This document shows positions 19,500 to 29,179 of a stretch of 64,000 bases of DNA, piece after piece. Within the stretch, counting starts at the first letter, position 1, and each line of letters starts with the position of its first letter. The notes under the pieces are model-generated. The model was not told the origin of the DNA, searched no databases, and saw only the letters and a program-made list of their open reading frames with translations. This DNA comes from an uncultured Fibrobacteria bacterium (GTDB taxonomy: Bacteria > Fibrobacterota > Fibrobacteria > UBA11236), in assembly GCA_963716395.1 (NCBI GenBank), contig OY970309.1, positions 1,728,001-1,792,000 of the forward strand, given 5' to 3'. A program made the position numbers and the translations under genes.

Positions 19500-21655
19500 C
19501 GCGCCACGATGATTTTGCCGCGCGCCACCGAGGATCCCGACGCGACGCTGTACAGATAGACGCCGGGTGACACGGCGCGGCCGTCTTCGTTGGTGCCGTC
19601 CCATTGCGCCTGGTTGCCCTGAAGTTGCGAGGGGCGCAGGGTGCGGATGACATTGCCCGCGGGAGTGTGGATGCGCACCGTGGCGTCTGGCGGCAGGCCG
19701 TCGAATATCACGAAGCGATGCTGCGGGAGAAAGGGATTGGGATAGACGCGCACGCCTTGCAGCGCCGTCACCACGGGCTGCGATTTGCTTTCCAACACGT
19801 TGACACCGCGATCCGTGGTGACCCAGACCTGGCCGTTCACCGGATTCACGCTGAGATCATAGATGACGGGGCTCAGCAACCCGTCATTGAGTCCGTAACG
19901 CTCAAAATGCGAGATGTCGGTGGCGCCGGGTACGACATGAAACAAACCGTTGGTGCAGCCGATCCAGAACGCACCCAGGGGATCGGATCGCATCACCTGG
20001 CAATCCGTGCCGGGAAAATCAGTGACCGGGGTGAACTGATTGGCCCCCGAATAATCCGGATTGCCGACGCTGTCGGCATAGGCCAGTTGACCGCCGATCA
20101 ACACCCAGGGCCGGCCGGTGGGATCGGGCGCCATGTCCCAGGCCGTTAAAGACTCTCCGGACAAGGACCACAACCCCAACGATGTCAAAAGCGGCGCGGA
20201 TGGCCCTTGCCGGATTTTGTAAAACTCGACGCCGCGCTCGCTGCCCACCCCCAGCAACGAATCGGAGAAAACGCGGTCGACATGCGGATAACCGCCGTCG
20301 GAATTGGAATCCAGGCACGACACCTGGCCCGTGGAGGTATTCAAATAATCCAACTGGTTGTTGTCGATGAGTTCGGCCTTGAACATGGAGAAGAACAGGC
20401 CGTTTTGATGCACATTGCTGACGGCGTACACCACGGGAAAATTTTGCACCACGTCGTAAATGCAGGGATCGGTTTGTTGGTTCCAGACCCGCGTTTCCGT
20501 CCCCCGCAAGCGCCACAAGCCCGTGCCCCAAGTGCCGATATAGGCATCGCCGTTGGTGTCGGACGCCATGTTTTTCAAAGCGCGCGTGAACAACTCGATA
20601 GAGGGCGCGACGATGCCGGTGGTGTCGAAGTAAAAGCCGCTGTCGGATGGGTGTAAGCGCTCGACCCCCCACAGCGATTGGGTCCAGACGGTGTTTCCAT
20701 AGGCGGTCACGTTGGCCACGGTGTCGAGCGGAAAGACCCGCAGCGGCTTTAAGGTTGTCCAGGCCGTCGAGGCGTCGGCCGTGTCGCGATACGCCAACGC
20801 GCCCGGGCCGCCCGCGAATACGCGGCTGCCCGCCATCACAGCGGCATCGGCGAAGGCCGGAGCGAACACCCGGGAGCCGATTTGCAAAGAGGAGCCGAGC
20901 AGAGCGGCAAGGAAAACCGGTTGCGTCAACACGGTTCCCGGTCCGAAGGTGGCCAGGGAGTCGCCGAAGAAGGCGAGGGTGTTGTAGGCGCGCGCGGGGG
21001 CGCCCGCGCTGTCGCCCGGGAATACCACGGGAATCCAGATGTTGGGATCGGCCAGGTTTCCGTAACCGGCGGCGGGATTCAGGGGATGGGAGAAATCCAC
21101 CGCGGTTTTAAACACGCCTTGGGCCGTGCCCGCGTACAGAGTGTCTCCCCGGCGCAGCAGCGACAACACCGAAACGCCGTTTTGATTCGCCAGCCGGGTC
21201 AGGTTGAGTTGTGCGACTTTCTGCCCCACATCGAACAAGGTGAGGCCTTGCGTCGAACCCAGATACAGAAAATCGCCGGCGCCGAGCACGGCGCGGTCAT
21301 TCATCGTCCATTGTTCGGCGGCGTAGCTTTGGCCGTAAGAGTCCCAGTGATTCCCGTCGAGTCTGGATACATAACCGCTCTGCGACACCGCCCACAGAGA
21401 CCCGTCGCCGGGGGCGGCCCAACCCACAATCCACGGGTCGAGCAGTCCGTCGAGGTTGTTGTATTCGTGTTGCTGCAACGTCACCGGATCCACGGCGCGC
21501 ACGCCGCCCTGCGTGCCGGCATACACCACGCCTTGGTACAAGATCAGAGAGGTAACGCGCTCTTTGTTGGTGAAGCTGTGCCATTGGCCCACATAGCCTT
21601 CGCCGGGGGCGGCCCAAACCGCGATGCCGACCCAAATCGCGATGGCGCTGCGCAT
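19496..21655 (-). CDS. PorZ-like beta-propeller protein with FlgD-Ig/T9SS C-terminal domain
   Basis: Signal peptide, repeated W-x-G-T-x-x-G propeller blades, NNLDGL/NDGL, C-terminal VYPNPF...WDGTNEDGR.VSPGVYLY. Confidence 0.7.
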   Translation of the reverse strand: MRSAIAIWVGIAVWAAPGEGYVGQWHSFTNKERVTSLILYQGVVYAGTQGGVRAVDPVTLQQHEYNNLDGLLDPWIVGWAAPGDGSLWAVSQSGYVSRLDGNHWDSYGQSYAAEQWTMNDRAVLGAGDFLYLGSTQGLTLFDVGQKVAQLNLTRLANQNGVSVLSLLRRGDTLYAGTAQGVFKTAVDFSHPLNPAAGYGNLADPNIWIPVVFPGDSAGAPARAYNTLAFFGDSLATFGPGTVLTQPVFLAALLGSSLQIGSRVFAPAFADAAVMAGSRVFAGGPGALAYRDTADASTAWTTLKPLRVFPLDTVANVTAYGNTVWTQSLWGVERLHPSDSGFYFDTTGIVAPSIELFTRALKNMASDTNGDAYIGTWGTGLWRLRGTETRVWNQQTDPCIYDVVQNFPVVYAVSNVHQNGLFFSMFKAELIDNNQLDYLNTSTGQVSCLDSNSDGGYPHVDRVFSDSLLGVGSERGVEFYKIRQGPSAPLLTSLGLWSLSGESLTAWDMAPDPTGRPWVLIGGQLAYADSVGNPDYSGANQFTPVTDFPGTDCQVMRSDPLGAFWIGCTNGLFHVVPGATDISHFERYGLNDGLLSPVIYDLSVNPVNGQVWVTTDRGVNVLESKSQPVVTALQGVRVYPNPFLPQHRFVIFDGLPPDATVRIHTPAGNVIRTLRPSQLQGNQAQWDGTNEDGRAVSPGVYLYSVASGSSVARGKIIVAR

Positions 21656-21666
21656 GGCCCGGTAAT

Positions 21667-22731
21667 CTACCAAGAAGAAAAGCCGTGCCAATATTCCTCC
21701 ACCGTTTGCAGAAGGCCCGCGGCCAACTCGATGCGTTCGCCGATCACGGCAAAACCCGCGCGCTGCGAGGCCGGCAGTTTGACGGCATCTTTGGCCGTGC
21801 ACAGAAACCCGGCCTCGGGCCGGCGGCGCGCCGCGCGCGCCCGCTTTCGCGACGAAGGAAAACCGTGATCCGGGCCGCGGCACAGTCCGGCCAAGGCGAC
21901 GCCCGCCGCTTCCAGATCGCGGCAAAAGGCTTCGGGGTGGCCGAGGCCGCAAACGGCCCACCAGACCCGGCCGAAGTCGAAACCGGCGGGGAATTCCAAC
22001 CGGCGGCGGAACCAGAGGCCCGCCCCGGCGGGCGGCGGATGCGCCAGCGGACCGGCCACGATGTGATGCTCATCGCGTAATGATTCCAAAGTGGTGCGGT
22101 AGGGGCCGAACGGCAGCAAATCGCGCCGGCGCGGCGCTTCGTTCGGCGCGCGCAACACCAGGTGCAAAGCCCCCGCCAGTCGGGGATCACACAAGCCGTC
22201 GTCGGAAACAAGCAGATCGAAGCCGCCCATGCGGCTCAGCGCCTCCCAGGCGCGCTCGCGGTTGCGGGTCACGAACACGCGTCCCGCGCCGGCGCGCGCC
22301 AGCAACACGGCTTCGTCGGAGCAGACGCGCCAATCGGCGTCGGGCCCGACTTCGGCCAGGCCGCGACCCCGCGCCGTGAGCCCCCGGCCCTTCGGCGCCG
22401 GGGAGAGCCAATATGCGATCATCGCCACGTTTTTTCCTGAATCGGCCAGCCGGCGCGCCAATTCCCGCGCCACCGCGGTTTTACCCGATCCGCCCGCGCG
22501 CAAGCCTCCCACCACTACAAGGGGTAGTAGGTGGGCGCGGTCGCGCAGCGCCGGACGCAGCCACCAGCGCCGATGCACGGCGGCGGCGGCGGCATAGGCC
22601 CACGCGGCCGCAACGCCGAAGAGTCCGGCCGGGTTTGCGCCTGACACCGACCTGTGCGATAATGAATCCGGCAATCCGAATCTCCTTCGGATTCCGCCCC
22701 GGAAATCCGCCTTCGGAGCATCGGTCGGCAT
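21667..22731 (-). CDS. lpxK: Tetraacyldisaccharide 4'-kinase (start uncertain; GTG 22647 is an alternative)
   Basis: VVVGGLRAGGSGKT, SDEA.LLA, SDDG, LLPFGPYR, GLGHPEAF, PDH, TAKDAVKL. Confidence 0.85.
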   Translation of the reverse strand: MPTDAPKADFRGGIRRRFGLPDSLSHRSVSGANPAGLFGVAAAWAYAAAAAVHRRWWLRPALRDRAHLLPLVVVGGLRAGGSGKTAVARELARRLADSGKNVAMIAYWLSPAPKGRGLTARGRGLAEVGPDADWRVCSDEAVLLARAGAGRVFVTRNRERAWEALSRMGGFDLLVSDDGLCDPRLAGALHLVLRAPNEAPRRRDLLPFGPYRTTLESLRDEHHIVAGPLAHPPPAGAGLWFRRRLEFPAGFDFGRVWWAVCGLGHPEAFCRDLEAAGVALAGLCRGPDHGFPSSRKRARAARRRPEAGFLCTAKDAVKLPASQRAGFAVIGERIELAAGLLQTVEEYWHGFSSW

Positions 22732-22764
22732 TCCCGCAAAATTAGCTCGGCAAGGAGGCCGCGC

Positions 22765-23739
22765 ATGGGGTTGGAAAACAAGCTCGTGGTCAAGAAGCTG
22801 GAACTGCTGCTGCAGGATCCGCACTTGGTGGAATCGTACCTCCGCATCCACGGGCCTAATCTCGACGTCCGCAAGGTCGAAGCGCTGAAAGAACAGCATG
22901 CGCGCCGATTCGAACTGGAAACCGCCGACGACCCCGATGATCCCACTTTTATTCTCCCGTTGAAATGCCCGGTTTGCGCGCGCGAGAACCTGACCGCCTA
23001 CGAACTCAAGGCCAAGGCCCTAGCCGTCACACCCGATCGCTTCACCATTCCGCGCTATTCGCCCATCAAGCATTTTCGCCCTCTGGACTACGCATTGTGG
23101 GCGGTCACGGTATGTCCCGAATGCCTGTTCGCCTCTCCGGACCGCAAAGACTTCATCACCTTTCCCGTGCACCTTGAAGGGGAATGCCCTTCGCAATTGC
23201 CGGGTTTCGTACTCGAAACCCTGCGCGCGCGCCGCGAAGAACGCCGCGCGCTGCTGGCCGGCATCGAGGATGCGGCCGCCTATTTCGAGCACCCGCGCAA
23301 GGTGGCGGCGGCCGTCGCGGCCTACCGCCTGGCCGTGGCGCGGGCCCGCGTCGAAATCGGCGCCAAGCTACCCCTGGCCTGCTGCAAGGCGGGCCTGTAT
23401 TGCCTGCGCATCGCCATGTTTTTGCGCGACGGCGGCGGCAGCGACCGCGACCTCGCGCGCGAGGCCGTGCGCTACTTCGAAACCGGGTATGCGCGCAGCG
23501 AAATCCCTTCGGCCAATCTCGAATGTCAGACGCTGTATCTCATCGTGGCCCTGCATTTACGCCTGGAATCCACCGTCGAGGCCCAGCCCTATCTCCAATT
23601 GATGGAACGGTTGGCGCAACTCCCACTGCAGGAAGACTCCGACGAAAGAGGGGTTCGCCCCACCGCCGTGGATCGCTGGCTGCGGCAGGCCAAGGATTTA
23701 TGGGCCGTGCGGGAAGAACCCAAGACCTGGGAGCATTGA
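22765..23739 (+). CDS. DUF2225-like zinc-binding/TPR-like protein
   Basis: CPVC and VTVCPECLFA motifs, helical C-terminus with LRIA and LYLI..L; SD AAGGAGG upstream. Confidence 0.7.
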   Translation: MGLENKLVVKKLELLLQDPHLVESYLRIHGPNLDVRKVEALKEQHARRFELETADDPDDPTFILPLKCPVCARENLTAYELKAKALAVTPDRFTIPRYSPIKHFRPLDYALWAVTVCPECLFASPDRKDFITFPVHLEGECPSQLPGFVLETLRARREERRALLAGIEDAAAYFEHPRKVAAAVAAYRLAVARARVEIGAKLPLACCKAGLYCLRIAMFLRDGGGSDRDLAREAVRYFETGYARSEIPSANLECQTLYLIVALHLRLESTVEAQPYLQLMERLAQLPLQEDSDERGVRPTAVDRWLRQAKDLWAVREEPKTWEH

Positions 23740-23822
23740 TCCGGCCGGTGGGAAGTTCGGATCGATAAAAACCGGCGATAAAAACAAAGCGCGCCGCATG
23801 CGCGCGGAATCCGGCGGGGTGA

Positions 23823-24134
23823 CTACTTCTTCTTGGCCTTTTTGCCGCCGCGTTTGCCGCGGCCGTTGGATGGCAGGCTTTTGCGTAACAGGGCCAGGAT
23901 TTCGGGCAGCAGGGGATTTTTCGGATTGAACGAGTAAAACCGCGCGCGATCGCGTTTGCGGCTCAGCAAAAGCCCGGCTTTCTCCAGCCGGTGAAATTGA
24001 TTTTGCACGCCGAACAAGGCGATGCGTAATTCGCGCGCAAGACTCGTGCTGTTGGCTTCGCCGTTTTCGGCCAGCCATTGCAGAATGCGCACCCGCATGG
24101 TCGATCCGAAAATGCCGATCAAAGTTCGTTTCAT
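23823..24134 (-). CDS. Stand-alone winged helix-turn-helix protein
   Basis: IFGS..RVRIL, LAREL....VQ....LEKAGLL.S, Y.FNP.NPL; TAAACT 6 nt upstream of ATG. Confidence 0.75.
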   Translation of the reverse strand: MKRTLIGIFGSTMRVRILQWLAENGEANSTSLARELRIALFGVQNQFHRLEKAGLLLSRKRDRARFYSFNPKNPLLPEILALLRKSLPSNGRGKRGGKKAKKK

Positions 24135-24162
24135 GTCATCAGTTTATCATTTTTGGTGGGCC

Positions 24163-25515
24163 GTGCCACCATTTTCTTTTGCCCCCCATTCCGGCGTTCC
24201 GGCCCGCCACGCGGCCTGGCGCATTTTACTTGAACAAGAGACGGGCGGGGCCTTTTTGAAAGACCTCTTCGCCACGGCGCGCGGGGTTCCCGAACGCGAC
24301 GCCGCCTTGGTGCGGGCCCTGTGTTTCGGCGTGATGCGCTGGCGGCTGCTGCTCGACGACAACCTCGACGCCTGCGCGCCGCGCGGCATCCGCGGCGCCC
24401 GTCTGCGCATGCTGTTGCGGGTGGCCGCCTACCAGTTGTTTTTCCTGTCGGGCATTCCCGACTTCGCGGCCGTGGACACGGCCGTGGAAATCGCCAAGCG
24501 CGAATTCGGCCGGGCGCAGGCGGGTTTTGCCAACGCCCTGCTCAAGGCCGTGGCGCGGCAAGGCCTGCGCCGCCGTCCGGGAAATGACGCAGCTTCGCTG
24601 TCCGTCAACTTTTCGCATCCGCGCTGGCTGGTCGAACGCTGGAGCCGCGATCTTGCGCCGGCCGCCCTGGCCGTGGCGCTGCAGCGCAACAACGAAGAAG
24701 CGCCGCTGTGGATTCGCATCAACCCGCGGCGCGCCACCCCGCCGGCCGTGGCCGACGCCTTGGCGGAGCAAGGCGTTCCATCCGATGCGTGGCCGGCCTC
24801 GCCCTGGTTCCGGCGGCTGACGGGCGGCGGCGAAGCGGCCTTGCGCAGCCCCTTGTTCGCGCAAGGCGCGTTCGCCTTTCAAGATCCCGTGGCGCATTGG
24901 GTGGCGCAATTGCTCGACTGGCACCCGGGACAAACCCTGTACGACGCCTGTTCAGCGCCCGGCGGCAAAGCGGCGCTGCTCTTAGAAACGGCGGCCGCGC
25001 GCGGCGAAGATGCGGGCGCGGGCCGCATCGTCTGCGGCGACGCATCGTGGAATCGGCTGCGGAGAATCGGCGACGCGCGCCGACGCCTGGGCCATACTGA
25101 ACTATTGCCGGTTTGCGCCGATCTCGGTGCCCCGCCGTTTCGCAGCGCTTTTGATCGCGTCTTGCTCGACGCCCCTTGCAGCAATCTCGGCGTGCTCAGA
25201 CGGCGGCCCGAAGCCCGCTGGAGCGCGTCGCCGGAAAAGATCACCGCTTTGGCCCGGCGGCAAAAAGCCTTGCTGGAACGCGCCGCAACCTGTCTGGCGG
25301 CCGGGGGGCGGCTGGTCTACGCTGTATGCAGCGCCGAAGGCGAAGAAACCGTCGAGGTCGTGCAAGCCTTTGTCGCCGCCCATCCCGAATTCGCCTTGGA
25401 ACCTGCCGAAGATAAAGTCCCAACCGCGCTGTGCAAGCATGGCTGCTTGTGGGTGTATCCGGGTGAAACCGAAAGCGACGGGTTTTTTGCGGCGGCGCTG
25501 ACGCGGAGGAATTAA
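24163..25515 (+). CDS. rsmB: 16S rRNA m5C967 methyltransferase RsmB (NusB-like N-domain); start approximate
   Basis: GV.RWR..LD, AYQL, GFANA.L, SHP.WL, DACSAPGGK, DAPCSNLGVLRRRPE, YAVCS, DGFF. Confidence 0.9.
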   Translation: MPPFSFAPHSGVPARHAAWRILLEQETGGAFLKDLFATARGVPERDAALVRALCFGVMRWRLLLDDNLDACAPRGIRGARLRMLLRVAAYQLFFLSGIPDFAAVDTAVEIAKREFGRAQAGFANALLKAVARQGLRRRPGNDAASLSVNFSHPRWLVERWSRDLAPAALAVALQRNNEEAPLWIRINPRRATPPAVADALAEQGVPSDAWPASPWFRRLTGGGEAALRSPLFAQGAFAFQDPVAHWVAQLLDWHPGQTLYDACSAPGGKAALLLETAAARGEDAGAGRIVCGDASWNRLRRIGDARRRLGHTELLPVCADLGAPPFRSAFDRVLLDAPCSNLGVLRRRPEARWSASPEKITALARRQKALLERAATCLAAGGRLVYAVCSAEGEETVEVVQAFVAAHPEFALEPAEDKVPTALCKHGCLWVYPGETESDGFFAAALTRRN

Positions 25516-25901
25516 CGCTTTGCCTGTTCTTTTTCCACTTGCCGGTGGATGGCTTGAAACAGAAGCTCTTCGTCGAGAATGGGCTTGGCCACGTAATCGT
25601 CGAAACCCGCGGCCAGGTATTTTTCGCGGTCGCCGTTCATGGCATGCGCCGTGAGCGCGATGACCGGCACTTGGCCCAGTCCGGGATCGGTGCGCAGGCG
25701 GCGCAGCACCTCCACGCCGTCCATGCCCGGCAGCGAAATGTCGAGCAGCACCACGTCGGGCCGCGAGCGGGGCAATCCGTCCAGGGCTTCGGCGCCGTTG
25801 TCATAGGCTTCGGTGGCGTAGCGCCCTTCGAGCATGGCTTCGAGCAGCAATTGATTGTCGGCGTTGTCTTCGACAATGGCCACGCGTTTGAGTCCGGACA
25901 T
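25512..25901 (-). CDS. Single-domain response regulator (DivK/CheY-like)
   Basis: VEDN, LLDISLPGMDG, IALTAHAM.GDRE, DYVAKP; TATAAT plus GGAGG upstream. Confidence 0.92.
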   Translation of the reverse strand: MSGLKRVAIVEDNADNQLLLEAMLEGRYATEAYDNGAEALDGLPRSRPDVVLLDISLPGMDGVEVLRRLRTDPGLGQVPVIALTAHAMNGDREKYLAAGFDDYVAKPILDEELLFQAIHRQVEKEQAKR

Positions 25902-26114
25902 GGCGCCTCCCGGTTTATTATACCGCAGGCCATGGGGCGACCCAAGCGTGTGCGCCCTGATTTCAACTTTTGGAGTCTGTTGCGGCCGGAAGGGCCGCTT
26001 CCTGCATGCTGCTGCGGTTTTTACCATCGATGAAGCGGCCGGCAGTGTCGGGACGGCGGTTGGCTCTTCAGAAAGCGCCTTCGCCCCATGATTCCACTCG
26101 ACGCCTGAGGCGGC

Positions 26115-26156
26115 TTGGCGGAACCGAAATCCAGTTGTATTATGAATTATTACAAC
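26115..26156 (+). promoter_or_regulatory. Promoter and operator of the RHH-PIN TA operon
   Basis: TTGGCG-17nt-TATTAT; inverted repeat GTTGTA (26134) ... TACAAC (26151). Confidence 0.6.
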
Positions 26157-26170
26157 CCCTCGGAGGCCGG

Positions 26171-26389
26171 ATGCGTCAAACCGTCACGGTTAGTTTGCCC
26201 TCTCCCTTGAAAGGCGGCCTGGATCGCCTCTCCCGTAAGGACCATGTGAGTCGAAGCGATATCGTTCGCGAGGCTGTGCGCCGCTATATTTCCATCAGGG
26301 AATTTGAAGGTTTGAGAGAAAAATGGCTCCCCCTGGGGGCTAAACGCGGCCTGTTCACCGATGAGGATGTTTTTAAAGCCTTGAAATGA
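26171..26389 (+). CDS. CopG/RHH antitoxin
   Basis: MRQTVTVSLP...SRSDIVREAVRRY, ending TDEDVF; SD GGAGG; ATGA overlap with the PIN gene. Confidence 0.85.
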   Translation: MRQTVTVSLPSPLKGGLDRLSRKDHVSRSDIVREAVRRYISIREFEGLREKWLPLGAKRGLFTDEDVFKALK

Positions 26390-26790
26390 AGGTGTTCTTG
26401 GACACCAATGTGCTGCTTTCGGCTTTGCTCACGAGAGGAAATTGCAGCCTGATTCTTGGACATTGCCTGGAACATCATGACATCATGCTTTCCGAAACCG
26501 TGTTGGAAGAGTTCAGTCGCAAGGCGCTCGGTAAACTGAAAGCTTCCGCTTTCGAGGTTTCGGAACGCGTGGCCTTTTTCCGAAAATATGCGATCGTGGC
26601 TGAGGAGCCGGTAAAAATCAACCGCCGATGTCGCGACCCCAAGGATGATCGCATTTTGGCCGCGGCATCGGCCTCCAGCGCCGATTGCCTGATCACCGGC
26701 GATAAGGAAATTCTTTCCCTCGCCGGCCATTTTCCCATTCCCATCATTCCCCCCGGCCGTTTCTTTGCGTTCGAAGCCGGCTGGGCGTAA
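26386..26790 (+). CDS. PIN-domain toxin (PIN_3 type)
   Basis: VFLDTNVLLSA, CRDPKDD.IL, LITGDK.IL, IPI.PP. Confidence 0.9.
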   Translation: MKVFLDTNVLLSALLTRGNCSLILGHCLEHHDIMLSETVLEEFSRKALGKLKASAFEVSERVAFFRKYAIVAEEPVKINRRCRDPKDDRILAAASASSADCLITGDKEILSLAGHFPIPIIPPGRFFAFEAGWA

Positions 26791-26829
26791 TTCGGGACGG
26801 CACTGCGTCCCGATTTTGAAGTGGGATTT

Positions 26830-26867
26830 AAAAAAAAAGACCCGGTTTTAATTCTGGACCCGGGGTC
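26830..26867 (-). terminator. Rho-independent terminator of the small Lys-rich ORF
   Basis: Minus strand GACC(C)CGG...CCGGGTC stem followed by T9. Confidence 0.7.
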
Positions 26868-26870
26868 GAT

Positions 26871-26975
26871 TTACTTCCTGGCTTCTTTCTTTTGTTTCTT
26901 CGCCTCGCGTTTTTCCTTCAAGGTTTTAGCGGGCTCTTTTTTGGTTTTCTTTTCGGTGTTGCGTTCTTTCGCCAT
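26871..26975 (-). CDS. 34-aa lysine-rich small protein
   Basis: MAKERNTEKKTKKEPAKTLKEKREAKKQKKEARK*; SD GGAG, upstream TATACT, downstream terminator; below the ORF-track cutoff. Confidence 0.75.
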   Translation of the reverse strand: MAKERNTEKKTKKEPAKTLKEKREAKKQKKEARK

Positions 26976-27229
26976 ATTAATCTCCAGGATAACGGGAAAA
27001 CGTCATAGTATAAAAATCTCTTACCGCGTGATGGCCATCACTCCGAGTAAAAGCCCGCATGCATCCGAACCAACCGCGTCGCACTACGTCTTGCAGGAGG
27101 CAGCGACCGCATTCTCCCGATACGGAAAGGCGAAAATCAGCGGTGAAAAAACACCTCCGTCTTGGACCGGAAGAAAACCCCCATCCGCCCCGAATTTATT
27201 TCCCGCCGGTGGTGATAAAAGATTCGAGA

Positions 27230-28267
27230 TTAAAGCGCTTCCTGCATGCTGCTGCAATGCAGCGCTCCCTGGCCGTACACCAGGGCCCGGCAGTCGATGG
27301 GTACCACGGCGCGGCGCGGAAAATGCTTGGCGAACAGAGCGAGCGCCGCGTCGTCGCGGGGGTCGCGGAACACCGGCACCAGCACCGCGCCGTTCAGGAT
27401 TAAAAAGTTCAGATAGGTGGCGGGCGTGCGCAAGCCGGCCTTGATCTGCCGGCCCGGCATGGGAACCTCGACCACGTCCAAATCCAGGCGACGCGCATAG
27501 GCCGCGAGGCCGGCCGCGTTACGGCGCAAGACGGCGTAATTCTCGTCCGCGGAATCCGTTTCCACCGCGCAGAAAACCGTGCGGGCGTCCACGAAGCGCG
27601 CCAGATCGTCGATATGGCCGTCGGTGTCGTCGCCGTCGATGCCGGAGTCGAGCCACAAAATTTCGTTGAGACCCAGATGGGTTTTTAAAACCGCTTCGAT
27701 TTCCGCTGGGGATTTCCCCGGGTTGCGGTTCGGGTTCAATAAGCACGAACGCGTCGTCAACAACAGGCCCGCACCGTTCACGTCGATGGATCCCCCCTCC
27801 AGCACAAAGGGGACTTCCACAAGCCCGTAACCCCGATGTTTCGCCATAAAGCGCGGAACGGCGTTGTCCGCATCCCAAGGCGGGTATTTCCCTCCCCACG
27901 AATTGAACGCAAACGAAAGCAGGACCGGGCCGCCTTCCGGGGCCCATACGGTCAGGCCGCCGTAATCGCGAATCCAACTGTCATTGGTGGGGCAGACGAG
28001 GATTTCCAACCGATATTCGGCTTCGTGGTGACGGGCCTCGGCGACGTAGAAGCGGGTTTCCAGTTTCCGGCGTAACTCCGGTGTGGACACGAGGAGAACG
28101 ACGTCCTGAAACCGAAGCGCGGCATGGATGGCTTTTTCGTAGGCCGCTTCGGCTTCGGCCCCAACCGCTTTCCACGTGTCGGGGTTTTGCGGCCAGGTGA
28201 ACCAGACGGCCCGTTGTGGTTCCCATTCCGCGGGAAGGCGATAGCGCCCCGGAAAGCTATTCGGCAC
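27230..28267 (-). CDS. aguA: Agmatine deiminase
   Basis: LPAEWEP, NDSWIRDYG, FNSWGGKY, LEGGSI, DDTDGHIDD, GALHC. Confidence 0.93.
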   Translation of the reverse strand: MPNSFPGRYRLPAEWEPQRAVWFTWPQNPDTWKAVGAEAEAAYEKAIHAALRFQDVVLLVSTPELRRKLETRFYVAEARHHEAEYRLEILVCPTNDSWIRDYGGLTVWAPEGGPVLLSFAFNSWGGKYPPWDADNAVPRFMAKHRGYGLVEVPFVLEGGSIDVNGAGLLLTTRSCLLNPNRNPGKSPAEIEAVLKTHLGLNEILWLDSGIDGDDTDGHIDDLARFVDARTVFCAVETDSADENYAVLRRNAAGLAAYARRLDLDVVEVPMPGRQIKAGLRTPATYLNFLILNGAVLVPVFRDPRDDAALALFAKHFPRRAVVPIDCRALVYGQGALHCSSMQEAL

Positions 28268-29150
28268 TGCGGTTCAATAAGCCTTGATAGGCGTCGATGC
28301 GCCGGTCGCGTAGAAAGGGCCAATTGCGGCGCTCCATTTCGATACGGGTCATCTCGATGTCGGCGCAAATCACGCCTTCCTGCTCCGAGTCGAGGCGCGC
28401 CAGAATTTCGCCGGCCGGCCCGGCGATGAACGAATTGCCCCAGAAGCGCAAGTGCCCTTCGCGGCCCACGCGGTTGGCGGCCGCGACATAGACGCCGTTG
28501 GCCACGGCATGGCCGCGCTGCACCGTGACCCAGGCCGCGAGCTGGCGGATTTCCAGGGTCCGTGCGGCCGTGGTCGAAAGTTTTCCGGTTTCGACATCAT
28601 CCCAGCCGATGGCGGTGGGATAAAGCAAGGTCTCGCAGCCTTGCAATGCCGTGAGCCGCGCGGCTTCGGGAAACCATTGATCCCAGCAAATGAGCACGCC
28701 GAGTTTTCCCGCCCGGGTCGCAATCGATTTGAAACCGAGATCGCCGGGCGCGAAGTAGTACTTCTCGTTGAAACCCGGATCCTGCGGGATGTGCATTTTG
28801 CGATACAGGCCCGCCAACGCTCCGTCGGCGTCGAACACCGCGGCCGAATTGTGATAGAGCCCGGGTGCGCGTTTTTCGAAAAACGGCAGCACCAGGGCGA
28901 TGCCCAGTTCGCGCGCCAGAAATTGCAAAATCCGCGCGGGTTCGGCGGCGAGCGTATGCGCCAAATCGAAATGGCGCGGGTCTTCTTCAATGCAGAAATA
29001 GTCGTGCAAGACGAGCTCGGGCAAGAGCACGGCTTGGCCGCCTTTTTCGGCGGCGGTGCGAATCAATTCCTGCAGACGCGCAAAGCGATCGGGCAACAGG
29101 GCATTGCCCCGGCATTGCACCACCGCGAGTTTGAAAGCACCTGACGACAC
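28257..29150 (-). CDS. aguB: N-carbamoylputrescine amidase (carbon-nitrogen hydrolase)
   Basis: LPEL, YRKMHIP.DPG..EKYYF, ICWDQWFPEAAR, WPFLRDRR. Confidence 0.92.
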   Translation of the reverse strand: MSSGAFKLAVVQCRGNALLPDRFARLQELIRTAAEKGGQAVLLPELVLHDYFCIEEDPRHFDLAHTLAAEPARILQFLARELGIALVLPFFEKRAPGLYHNSAAVFDADGALAGLYRKMHIPQDPGFNEKYYFAPGDLGFKSIATRAGKLGVLICWDQWFPEAARLTALQGCETLLYPTAIGWDDVETGKLSTTAARTLEIRQLAAWVTVQRGHAVANGVYVAAANRVGREGHLRFWGNSFIAGPAGEILARLDSEQEGVICADIEMTRIEMERRNWPFLRDRRIDAYQGLLNRSAE

Positions 29151-29179
29151 GGAGGCAAAGCTAAAAAGCCGGCGGACGC

